This document shows positions 48,990-56,585 of a stretch of DNA of 64,000 nt, piece by piece. The notes under the pieces were generated by a model, which saw nothing but the letters and a program-made list of their open reading frames with translations, was not told the origin of the DNA and searched no databases. Source of the stretch: an uncultured Christensenella sp. (GTDB lineage Bacteria > Bacillota > Clostridia > Christensenellales > Borkfalkiaceae); NCBI GenBank assembly GCA_964567885.1, contig CAZMOD010000001.1, forward strand, positions 13,900-77,899. Reading direction: 5' to 3'. The translations under genes were made by a program, and so were the position numbers. The stretch's first letter is position 1; each line of letters starts with the position of its first letter.

Positions 48990-49663
48990 AGTATTGCAAA
49001 TATTGTAAAACTACGATAGATACTACTAACGACTTTTGTCCACTTTGCTTTAACCACGTGGAAGAAACAGACTCGAACGTCGATCAATTATATACTTTGC
49101 GCCGCACTAACGAATTAGAAGATAGACGCAAGCAATTTATTACTAAATTATTCTTTTTTTTAAGCGTTTGCGCGATTGTAATTTGCTTTTTTATAAATTA
49201 CCTCGTAAACTTCGACGTACAATGGTGTTTAGTAGTAACTTTCGGCATTTTATACGTTTGGGTTTTAGTTGCTCATACCGTAATGTCGCAACAATCGGCG
49301 TTTAAAAAGATACTGTTGCAAATTATTTCAATAATAGTTTTATTGTATTTTACCGAAAGGGTGTCCGACAATCATAATTGGCTTTTACAATACGTTTACC
49401 CGTCGATTTCTTTTACCGTGGTATTCGTTTTGCTTATGATACTTTTTATCGGAAGAAACCGTAGTACTAATATTTTAGGATTTACCGTTATAATCGTACT
49501 ATTAGGAATAGTTTCCATCATTTTAATCGTATTCGATTTCGTTAGCGAATTTACGCTTTTAAATAGAATGAATTACCTCCTTTGCGGCTTAACCGTTTTA
49601 GGACTTTTGATTTTCGGATTACGCTCTATTAAGCAAGAATTATCTAAAAAATTACATCTATAA
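48986..49663 (+). CDS. Zinc-ribbon plus polytopic membrane protein (DUF6320-like), function unknown
   Basis: 225 aa. N-terminal CKYC-x10-CPLC zinc ribbon, then five to six hydrophobic helices. ATGA overlap with the upstream acyltransferase stop. Confidence 0.7.
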   Translation: MKYCKYCKTTIDTTNDFCPLCFNHVEETDSNVDQLYTLRRTNELEDRRKQFITKLFFFLSVCAIVICFFINYLVNFDVQWCLVVTFGILYVWVLVAHTVMSQQSAFKKILLQIISIIVLLYFTERVSDNHNWLLQYVYPSISFTVVFVLLMILFIGRNRSTNILGFTVIIVLLGIVSIILIVFDFVSEFTLLNRMNYLLCGLTVLGLLIFGLRSIKQELSKKLHL

Positions 49664-49682
49664 AACCCTCGAGGGTATACTA

Positions 49683-50750
49683 ATGACGAAAGCAAAAGGG
49701 AAAAAGAAAATTACCGACTCCAAGCAATTTAAATCCGCCTTATTTTTTATCGCGGTTATTGCTTTATCCGTCGCGTATTATTTTCTTTCTCCCTATTTTT
49801 TATCCGAAAAACCGTGTTACGACGGCGAGTTCCCTATAGTAAACCAATCAAAAATCGTAAACGACTTAAAAGTGGTTTTTATAGACGTTGGTCAAGGGGA
49901 CGCCATATTATTGAAAACGCCGTCCAATGAAACTATTTTGATCGACGCCGGTTTGGAAGAAGAAGATTCAGACGTTGACTTAGTGAAGTATTTAAAAAAT
50001 TGCGGAGTAAAAACCATTGACTACGCGATAATTACTCATCCCGACGCCGACCATACCGGCGGATTTATTTCCGTTTTCGACAAATTTAAAGTGAAATTCG
50101 TTTTTAGGCCGTACGTACGCTCCGATAACAAGTTGACTGATAGACTAAAATCCCGTTTTAATCCGCAAACGACTAAGTTTTGCGACACCGATACTTACGC
50201 CAATCTTTTGCTTTCTATAAACTCGGAACGGTCTAATTGGGTTTATATCGATAAAGACGTTGACCTTATATTCGATTACGGCGACGGAAAAACTTTTAAA
50301 TTAGACTTTTTAACGCCGACCGCCGAATTATCCGAGTTAAATTATACCGACTTAAACGATTATTCTCCGCTTATTAAAATCAGTTACGCGGGTAAATCTT
50401 TTATGATGACGGGCGACGCGACTAAAACCGTCGAAGAAGAGGCTTTGGCTTTTTATCCGCATTATTTTTTAGCGTGCGACGTCTTAAAAGTTGCTCATCA
50501 CGGTTCCGATACTTCGACTTCGTATTCCTTCGTCAAAGCCGTCAGTCCTAGTTACGCGGTAGTATCGTGCGGCGAGGGGAATATTTATAAACATCCTAAA
50601 AGTTCGGTTCTATCGACGCTTTTGGCGGCTAACGCAAAACTATTTAGAACCGATTTACAAGGCAGCGTTACGTTTACGGTAAACTCCGAAGGTGATTTGT
50701 CGTTTAGTACCGAAAAAATTTGCGAAGGCTCTTTAGGTGCCGGTTATTAA
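49683..50750 (+). CDS. Membrane-anchored ComEC/Rec2-type metallo-beta-lactamase domain protein (no competence channel domain)
   Basis: 355 aa. N-terminal TM helix (ALFFIAVIALSVAYYFLSPYF) and MBL motifs VGQGDAILL, HPDADHTGG, KVAHHGS, as in the ComEC C-terminal domain. GAGGG RBS. Confidence 0.8.
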   Translation: MTKAKGKKKITDSKQFKSALFFIAVIALSVAYYFLSPYFLSEKPCYDGEFPIVNQSKIVNDLKVVFIDVGQGDAILLKTPSNETILIDAGLEEEDSDVDLVKYLKNCGVKTIDYAIITHPDADHTGGFISVFDKFKVKFVFRPYVRSDNKLTDRLKSRFNPQTTKFCDTDTYANLLLSINSERSNWVYIDKDVDLIFDYGDGKTFKLDFLTPTAELSELNYTDLNDYSPLIKISYAGKSFMMTGDATKTVEEEALAFYPHYFLACDVLKVAHHGSDTSTSYSFVKAVSPSYAVVSCGEGNIYKHPKSSVLSTLLAANAKLFRTDLQGSVTFTVNSEGDLSFSTEKICEGSLGAGY

Positions 50751-50772
50751 AAAGGGGATTACCCCTTTTTTT
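50751..50772 (+). terminator. Rho-independent terminator ending the smc...MBL transcription unit
   Basis: AAAGGGG atta CCCCTTT followed by a T-tract, immediately after the stop codon. Confidence 0.8.
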
Positions 50773-50826
50773 AATATTTTTTAAAGCAGTTTCATATTAT
50801 AATGACGGAATATCGGTACAATTTTC

Positions 50827-52140
50827 GTGATCAGAGTGCATTTTATAGGTATAGGAGGAGTTTCGCTTTCCGCTTTGGCAAAATATTTGCTTCATCGTGG
50901 CTTCGTCGTAACGGGCAGTGATAAAAGAGTTAGCGATATTAGTAAAAACCTAGAGGATTTAGGCGCTAAAATCGTTTATTTTCACGATCAAAGTAACGTA
51001 AAAGGCGCGGACGTGGTTATTTACAATTCGGCTATAAAAAACGATAATCCCGAACTTAATTTTGCCGTAGAAAACAGAATACCGACCTTTTCACGCGCGC
51101 AACTTTTAAATTTGATTTCAAAAAATTTTAAATATAAAATAGGGGTGGCGGGTTCACACGGTAAAACAACCGTTACTTCTTTGATATCTCATATTTTACA
51201 CGCGCAAAGATGTGAATTTACCGCTCATATCGGCGGTTTAGACCAAGTTTACGGCAATTTTATAGAATTAGGCAAGCAAATATTTTTAAGCGAAGTTTGC
51301 GAGTTTAATCGTAATATAGACCTGTTTTTTCCCGATTTAGCGGTCGTTACTAATATAGATAACGATCATATCAATTGTTATAAAGATCTAAACGATTTAA
51401 CCGAAACTTTTTTTAGTTTTCTAAATAAAGCCGACGAAAAAATTATAAACGGGGACGATTTACACCTTAAAAATTATCAAAATAACGCTATTACTTTCGG
51501 AATTCAAAACGGGGACTTTACCGTAACCGAGGTGCAAAGATTTGAAACCAGCCAATCCTTAAAAATTATCGGAATCGACGGAACGCGATTGAACGTTACT
51601 ACGCCTTTTTTGGGTGATTACTATATCTACGATATTTTAGCGGCGGTTGCGGCTTGTAAAACACTAAAAATTTCCGACGTAAAAGTGCTTGAAGGTTTAT
51701 CGACTTTTAAAGGCGTAAAAAGACGCAACGAATTTTTAGGGGAACTTAACGAGGTAAAATATTACGCCGATTACGCGCATCATCCGTCGGAAATTTATTG
51801 CTATTTAAAAAGCGTAACTTCTACGATGAACTTAGACGGGCTTTACGTCGTTTTTCAACCTCATACTTATTCGAGAACTAAACTTTTATTTAACGATTTT
51901 ATAAAAGTTTTTAAGGATTTGAAAAACCTTTGTTTAGTAAAAACTTACGCCGCAAGGGAAGTTTACGATTACGACGGTTCGGCAAAAAAACTAAGCGAAT
52001 ATTTGCCAAATAGCGTATATTTCGACGATTATATTACTTTAAACGACTGGATAGACGATAACGTCCCGAAAGGCGCTAAGGTTTTAATAGTCGGCGCCGG
52101 GGACGTTTACGATTTCTTTTTAGATAAATTAACTAAATAA
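50827..52140 (+). CDS. murC: UDP-N-acetylmuramate--L-alanine ligase
   Basis: 437 aa. HFIGIGGVSLSALAKYL and GSHGKTTVTSL. GTG start has no clear RBS, so the start is uncertain. TATAAT at 50798..50803. Confidence 0.88.
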   Translation: MIRVHFIGIGGVSLSALAKYLLHRGFVVTGSDKRVSDISKNLEDLGAKIVYFHDQSNVKGADVVIYNSAIKNDNPELNFAVENRIPTFSRAQLLNLISKNFKYKIGVAGSHGKTTVTSLISHILHAQRCEFTAHIGGLDQVYGNFIELGKQIFLSEVCEFNRNIDLFFPDLAVVTNIDNDHINCYKDLNDLTETFFSFLNKADEKIINGDDLHLKNYQNNAITFGIQNGDFTVTEVQRFETSQSLKIIGIDGTRLNVTTPFLGDYYIYDILAAVAACKTLKISDVKVLEGLSTFKGVKRRNEFLGELNEVKYYADYAHHPSEIYCYLKSVTSTMNLDGLYVVFQPHTYSRTKLLFNDFIKVFKDLKNLCLVKTYAAREVYDYDGSAKKLSEYLPNSVYFDDYITLNDWIDDNVPKGAKVLIVGAGDVYDFFLDKLTK

Positions 52141-52166
52141 AATATCGCGTAATTAGCGGTATTTTT

Positions 52167-52203
52167 ACAAAAAAAGGCGCTAAAATAATTTTAGTGCCTT
52201 TTT
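52167..52203. terminator. Bidirectional terminator between murC and the PadR-fusion gene
   Basis: 10-bp stem GGCGCTAAAA / TTTTAGTGCC (one G-U pair), flanked by an A-tract upstream and a T-tract downstream. Confidence 0.8.
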
Positions 52204-52219
52204 AATAATAGATTAAATT

Positions 52220-53998
52220 CTAACTGTAAAATCTTTGGTTTTCAAGATTCAAATATTTGATTATAAAATATACGGGAACGTTTAATATAAATATCGCGGG
52301 GTATAAAATATAAATCAAAAGTTCGGATACGTTTGCAAAATCAACTTCAGACAAAATAGAAAATACTATGGTTATCAGTACCAAGTTTAGCATAATGACG
52401 ATGCAAAGTTCTATTACTGATTTTAAAGTAGGTATCGTACCGACTTTTTTCTTGGGATCCAAGAAATAAATTACGAGCGTGCCGAGCGGGAAAAGTGCCA
52501 AAATCGATGCAAAAATTAAATAGGGGGTACCCGTAAGTCCCGCGGCGGGTGCCGTAAAGTAAGCAAGTAACGTAATTTGCGCTATGCAAAACGCGTAAAA
52601 AATCCACGCGGATACTGTAACGAGTTTATTAATTAGTATAGAATTGACCCTATTTTTAGTATTTCTGTTAGAAATATTGACTTTAAAGCCTTCGATTTTA
52701 GCAAGCGATTGAACGTCGGAAAAATCGTAACCGTCGGAGGTAACCACCGAAACTTGAGGTTCGGTTTTTTCGGGCTCCGTGCTTTCTTGGTTAGGCACTG
52801 CGGTTTTAGATTTATCGTGAACACGTAAGCGCTGTTGCTGCATCGCGTTACGTTTTTGCTCTTCTTGACGCTCTAAATTACGTTTTTCTTGCGAATCGAC
52901 GTCGTTAAAATAGTCGTGAATATTGGTTCCTTGAACGTAAACGATTTCACGCGCGTCCTCAACCTTTGGTTTATCCTTCGTAAACATCGACTCTAAAACG
53001 GCTTTGTAATCGTGCGTGATAACCGTTTCGGGACCGAACGAATCGTCCTCGCTTTCATCGTAAACGGGTGTAAAGTCTGGTTTAGGTTGAGTAAGGGGAT
53101 CGGGATATTGTGAAACCAATCTATCTTTAGTTTGTTGTGTTTCTTCCGCTAAATTGCGTTCCGATTTGTTAGCCGCTTCCGACGATTTATTAGGCGCGGC
53201 GGGGGCTTCGGATACTTGGTCTAAAACGCCGCCGGACTTTTGTTGTTTTTGATTAGCGGAAACGCCGTCGCCGACTAAAATTCCGATTTCGTAACCTTCG
53301 GGGGTGTTAGAATATTCGTAATCGTCAATACCGATTTGATGCGCGGTTTTGGTAATAGTTTCAGTAGGCTTATACGCCGTTTTAACTTCCGATTTTTCAA
53401 TCTTGCTTTCTTCAACGGGTTTTGAATTTTGCGTTTTATGAGAGGCGATATCGCCGAAATCTATTATCGTAACGTTGTTAGAAATAATTTTTTCAGGTTC
53501 CACGGGTTTTTCTTCCGTTTTAACTTCTTTTTTAGATTCTTCAACCTTGGAAGTATCGTCGGAATTAAGAAAATCCCTTAAAGCGGAATCTATATCGAAA
53601 TCGGGCGTGGCGTCCGGTTGTTTTTGGTGTGCGTTTTTAGGTTTTTCAATAGTCTTTTTCTTGTCCTTCTCGGGCGTATCGAAAAGAGTATTAACGATTG
53701 AACGAGAAACCGTCCATTTATCTTTATTGTCGTCGATATAGTTTTTACCTTTCTCGGTAAGTTGCAAAAATTTACGTCTACCTTCGGGCGTCGACGCGCG
53801 ATATTCGGTAACGTAACCTTGCTTAACGATCCTTTGCAAGCAACTGTAAAAAGTGCCTTGTTTTAGTTCGAACTGACCGTCGGAACGTTTTTCAATTTCT
53901 TCTCGTATTTGATTAGTATGTTTATCTTCGTCAACGAGCGACAATAAAATTATCGTATCTAAATGACCGCGAAACATTTCGCTGGGAATAACGTCCAT
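52220..53998 (-). CDS. PadR-family winged-helix domain fused via a long low-complexity linker to a C-terminal 4-TM module
   Basis: Residues about 1-100 (GHLDTIILLSLVDEDKHTNQIREEIEKRSDGQFELKQGTFYSCLQRIVKQGYVTEY...LTEKGKNY) are PadR-like. About 330 aa rich in E/K/P/T/Q follow. The last ~150 aa hold four hydrophobic helices. Confidence 0.8.
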   Translation of the reverse strand: MDVIPSEMFRGHLDTIILLSLVDEDKHTNQIREEIEKRSDGQFELKQGTFYSCLQRIVKQGYVTEYRASTPEGRRKFLQLTEKGKNYIDDNKDKWTVSRSIVNTLFDTPEKDKKKTIEKPKNAHQKQPDATPDFDIDSALRDFLNSDDTSKVEESKKEVKTEEKPVEPEKIISNNVTIIDFGDIASHKTQNSKPVEESKIEKSEVKTAYKPTETITKTAHQIGIDDYEYSNTPEGYEIGILVGDGVSANQKQQKSGGVLDQVSEAPAAPNKSSEAANKSERNLAEETQQTKDRLVSQYPDPLTQPKPDFTPVYDESEDDSFGPETVITHDYKAVLESMFTKDKPKVEDAREIVYVQGTNIHDYFNDVDSQEKRNLERQEEQKRNAMQQQRLRVHDKSKTAVPNQESTEPEKTEPQVSVVTSDGYDFSDVQSLAKIEGFKVNISNRNTKNRVNSILINKLVTVSAWIFYAFCIAQITLLAYFTAPAAGLTGTPYLIFASILALFPLGTLVIYFLDPKKKVGTIPTLKSVIELCIVIMLNLVLITIVFSILSEVDFANVSELLIYILYPAIFILNVPVYFIIKYLNLENQRFYS

Positions 53999-54020
53999 AA
54001 AAAGTAATCCTTTGATTTCT

Positions 54021-54034
54021 TTATAAAATTATAA
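54021..54034. promoter_or_regulatory. TTATAA-N2-TTATAA inverted repeat overlapping the -10 of the PadR-fusion promoter (candidate operator)
   Basis: Read directly from the sequence. It is AT-only, so the chance expectation is high. Confidence 0.25.
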
Positions 54035-54056
54035 CATTATTAAGTTTTGTTGTCAA
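54028..54056 (-). promoter_or_regulatory. Consensus sigma-A promoter for the PadR-fusion gene
   Basis: Minus strand reads TTGACA - 17 nt - TATAAT. The -10 ends 29 nt upstream of the ATG at 53998. Confidence 0.65.
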
Positions 54057-54173
54057 TACACTTTAATGAAATTTATCAATAAATGCCGAAATTTTTTGAT
54101 TTTATAAGGAAAAACCTTAATTTATAGACGTAATTTTAAAAAGCGTTCTCTTAAAATACATTTTAAACGATAA

Positions 54174-54207
54174 ATTTTTCGTAACGCCTTATATATAACG
54201 AAAAAAT
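54174..54207. repeat. Imperfect inverted repeat ATTTTTCGTAA-N11-TAACGAAAAAA; candidate recombinase (dif-like) site
   Basis: The core arms TTTTTCGT / ACGAAAAA are perfect complements. The site lies about 240 bp upstream of the Xer-family gene in a 446-bp AT-rich spacer. Resemblance to the streptococcal difSL is only loose. Confidence 0.2.
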
Positions 54208-54376
54208 AAATTCACTCTTAAAAAAATATATTAACGAATTATCAAATTAATAATAATATCGTAAATCACGCATTATATCAAAGATTTTGAGATTATTTTC
54301 TTTAATATTTAATTTATTCGTTATCTCGGCGTAAAAGTTGTGTTTTACGCATAGTTAAAAATATGCCCTCAATCGG

Positions 54377-54405
54377 TTGACTATTTAAAAATTTTGGATT
54401 ATAAT
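54377..54405 (+). promoter_or_regulatory. Consensus sigma-A promoter for the Xer-family recombinase gene
   Basis: TTGACT - 17 nt - TATAAT, 39 nt upstream of the ATG. Confidence 0.65.
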
Positions 54406-54444
54406 ATAAAGCGTTAAAGATATTTTTATAGGACGGCAACCCCT

Positions 54445-55497
54445 ATGGCTAAATTAAGCGACGATTATTTTACCAATCGGAAAATTTTAACGATAAATAA
54501 ACTCAATAAAACGCTTGACGAACTCCCTGATTTTTTGCGAGAATACTTTTTAGGTGTCGAAACAACGACTTCCCCGTTAACACGGCTAAATTACGCCATG
54601 GATATAGCCATTTTCTTTGACTTCGTTTCCTTAAAGTATTCCTTACCCGTAAAAGAAATTTCCTTAAAAACGTTGGATACGGTAACGGCTTTCGATATCG
54701 AGCAGTTTTTGAGTTATTTAACGAGTTTCGACTATAATAACGAACACCACTCCTGCAACGAGCGCGCAAAAGCAAGAAAACTTGCCTCAATTCGCTCTAT
54801 GTATAAGTATTACTTTAATAAAAATATGTTGGTCGCTAACACCGCCGCTAAAGTTGCAACCCCTAAAATTCACGAAAAAGAAATTATCCGCCTTGAAAAC
54901 GACGAAATACGCAATTTATTGTTTGCTGCGGAAACGGGCGCAGGACTTACGAAGCACCAACAAACTTATCAAAAAAACACTCAGATTCGCGACGTTGCCC
55001 TACTTACCCTATTTTTAGGTACGGGAATCCGTATTAGCGAATTAGTCGGGTTAAACGTAAACGATATCTTCTTAGAAAATAACAGTTTCGTCGTTACGCG
55101 TAAAGGCGGAAACCGTACTATTTTATATTATACTGACGAGGTCAAGTCCGAACTTGTAAAATGGATTCAAGCAAGAAGTAAAATCGAAGGTTTACCTAAA
55201 GACGAACCCTCTTTGTTTTTATCGCTTCAAAACAAGCGTATAAGTGTACGCGCCGTGCAAGAACTAGTTAAAAAATACGCCAAGATCGTATCCCCTTTAA
55301 AACGTATAACGCCGCACAAATTAAGAAGCACTTTCGGCACTAAACTATACCGCGAAACCGGCGATATTTACGTCGTCGCGGACTACTTGGGACATCGCGA
55401 TATCAATACCACCAAGCGCCATTACGCCGCCATGAGTGAAGATATGCGAAAGAAAGCAATAAAGACGATTTCATTAAAAAACGACGACGAAACGTAA
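54445..55497 (+). CDS. Long-form (350 aa) Xer-family tyrosine recombinase, XerS-like
   Basis: Catalytic pattern GIRISEL (Arg), HKLRSTF (His-x-x-Arg), LGHRDINTT, KRHY (Tyr). The length, the VTRKGGN motif and the insertion before the catalytic Arg resemble streptococcal XerS more than 300-aa XerC/XerD. Confidence 0.75.
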   Translation: MAKLSDDYFTNRKILTINKLNKTLDELPDFLREYFLGVETTTSPLTRLNYAMDIAIFFDFVSLKYSLPVKEISLKTLDTVTAFDIEQFLSYLTSFDYNNEHHSCNERAKARKLASIRSMYKYYFNKNMLVANTAAKVATPKIHEKEIIRLENDEIRNLLFAAETGAGLTKHQQTYQKNTQIRDVALLTLFLGTGIRISELVGLNVNDIFLENNSFVVTRKGGNRTILYYTDEVKSELVKWIQARSKIEGLPKDEPSLFLSLQNKRISVRAVQELVKKYAKIVSPLKRITPHKLRSTFGTKLYRETGDIYVVADYLGHRDINTTKRHYAAMSEDMRKKAIKTISLKNDDET

Positions 55498-55547
55498 AAT
55501 TACGAACCTCATAAAAATATTTAAAATCATTGATATTATAAGCGATT

Positions 55548-56585
55548 ATGCAAAATATTATAATTATAGAACCGCTTTTTGACGGAGATAATTACTCGGA
55601 TAAAATCGAAGAAATTAAAGCACTTTGCGACTCGGCGGAAGGCTTAGTCGTAGGCGTAGTATCACAATATATTAAGACGATAACGCCCGCCACTTTTATC
55701 GGAAAAGGAAAGGCTGAAGAAGTCAAATGCGAAGCAATTGATTTAGCGGCTGACATATGCGTTTTCGACGGTGAACTATCCCCTTCTCAAACGCTTAACT
55801 TATCTGACGCGATAGGCGTACCTGTCATTACGAGAACAAATTTGATATTAGATATCTTTGCTAAAAGAGCAAAAAGTTCGGAAGGTAAAATTTTAGTCGA
55901 ACTTGCTCAACTAAGATATATTTATCCAAGACTTAAAGGTAAAGGAGATTCTTTATCACGACTTGGCGCGGGCATCGGCACGCGCGGTCCTGGCGAAACA
56001 AAACTCGAAACCGATAGAAGACATATTAAAGGAAGAATTTTATCGCTTGAAAAATCGCTTGAAAAAATTCGTTCGCGCCGCACTTTAGAGTATTCTCGTC
56101 GCAAAAAAAATCAAGTAAAAACCGTCGTTTTAGTCGGATATACGAATGCGGGTAAGTCTACCCTGTTAAATTGTTTATGTCAATCCAACGATTTAAGTAT
56201 GGATAAACTATTCGCTACGTTAGATACTTCTTCGAAAAAATCGTTTATCGACGGCAAAAAAGTTATTTTCGTTGATACCGTAGGTTTTATTAAAGACCTA
56301 CCCGACGATTTATTGGAAGCCTTTAAATCTACTTTAGAGTGCGTGAAAGAAGCCGATTTGATTTTAAACGTTGCCGATTCTACAAAAAATTGGAAAGACC
56401 AATTTACGATTACCGACGCTCTTTTAAAAGAATTTAACCCTCAATCCCCCGTTTTAAAGGTACTAAATAAATGCGACGTTTTATCCGACGACTTCGTGCC
56501 GAACGATATAATAAGAATTTCCGCGCTTAAAAAAGAAGGTCTACAAGAGTTAAAGAAAAAAGTAATCTTAAAATTAGGTATATAG
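55548..56585 (+). CDS. hflX: GTPase HflX (short form lacking the C-terminal domain)
   Basis: 345 aa. HflX N-domain (LAQLRYIYPRL, GIGTRGPGETKLETDRR) and G-domain GYTNAGKST, DTVGF, NKCD. Confidence 0.9.
   Translation: MQNIIIIEPLFDGDNYSDKIEEIKALCDSAEGLVVGVVSQYIKTITPATFIGKGKAEEVKCEAIDLAADICVFDGELSPSQTLNLSDAIGVPVITRTNLILDIFAKRAKSSEGKILVELAQLRYIYPRLKGKGDSLSRLGAGIGTRGPGETKLETDRRHIKGRILSLEKSLEKIRSRRTLEYSRRKKNQVKTVVLVGYTNAGKSTLLNCLCQSNDLSMDKLFATLDTSSKKSFIDGKKVIFVDTVGFIKDLPDDLLEAFKSTLECVKEADLILNVADSTKNWKDQFTITDALLKEFNPQSPVLKVLNKCDVLSDDFVPNDIIRISALKKEGLQELKKKVILKLGI

Noticed and set aside
54066-54107. 13-codon mini-ORF (MKFINKCRNFLIL) and other tiny ORFs in the 446-bp AT-rich spacer
   Set aside because: There is no Shine-Dalgarno, and such ORFs are expected by chance in AT-rich DNA. 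A minus-strand 12-codon ORF near 54350 has a GAGGG that lies too far (14 nt) from its ATG.
54057-54376. Canonical XerC/XerD dif site (…TATATTATGTAAACT-type XerD arm)
   Set aside because: I found no ACATAA or TTATGT core with the right flanks in this spacer or in other intergenic regions I read. Only the loose inverted repeat at 54174..54207 remains as a candidate.
52220-55497. Possibility that the recombinase + PadR fusion + AT-rich spacer is an integrated mobile element
   Set aside because: I could find no flanking direct repeats and no adjacent tRNA. There are no excisionase, replication, conjugation or phage genes. The immediate neighbours are murC and hflX, and composition looks like the rest of the window.
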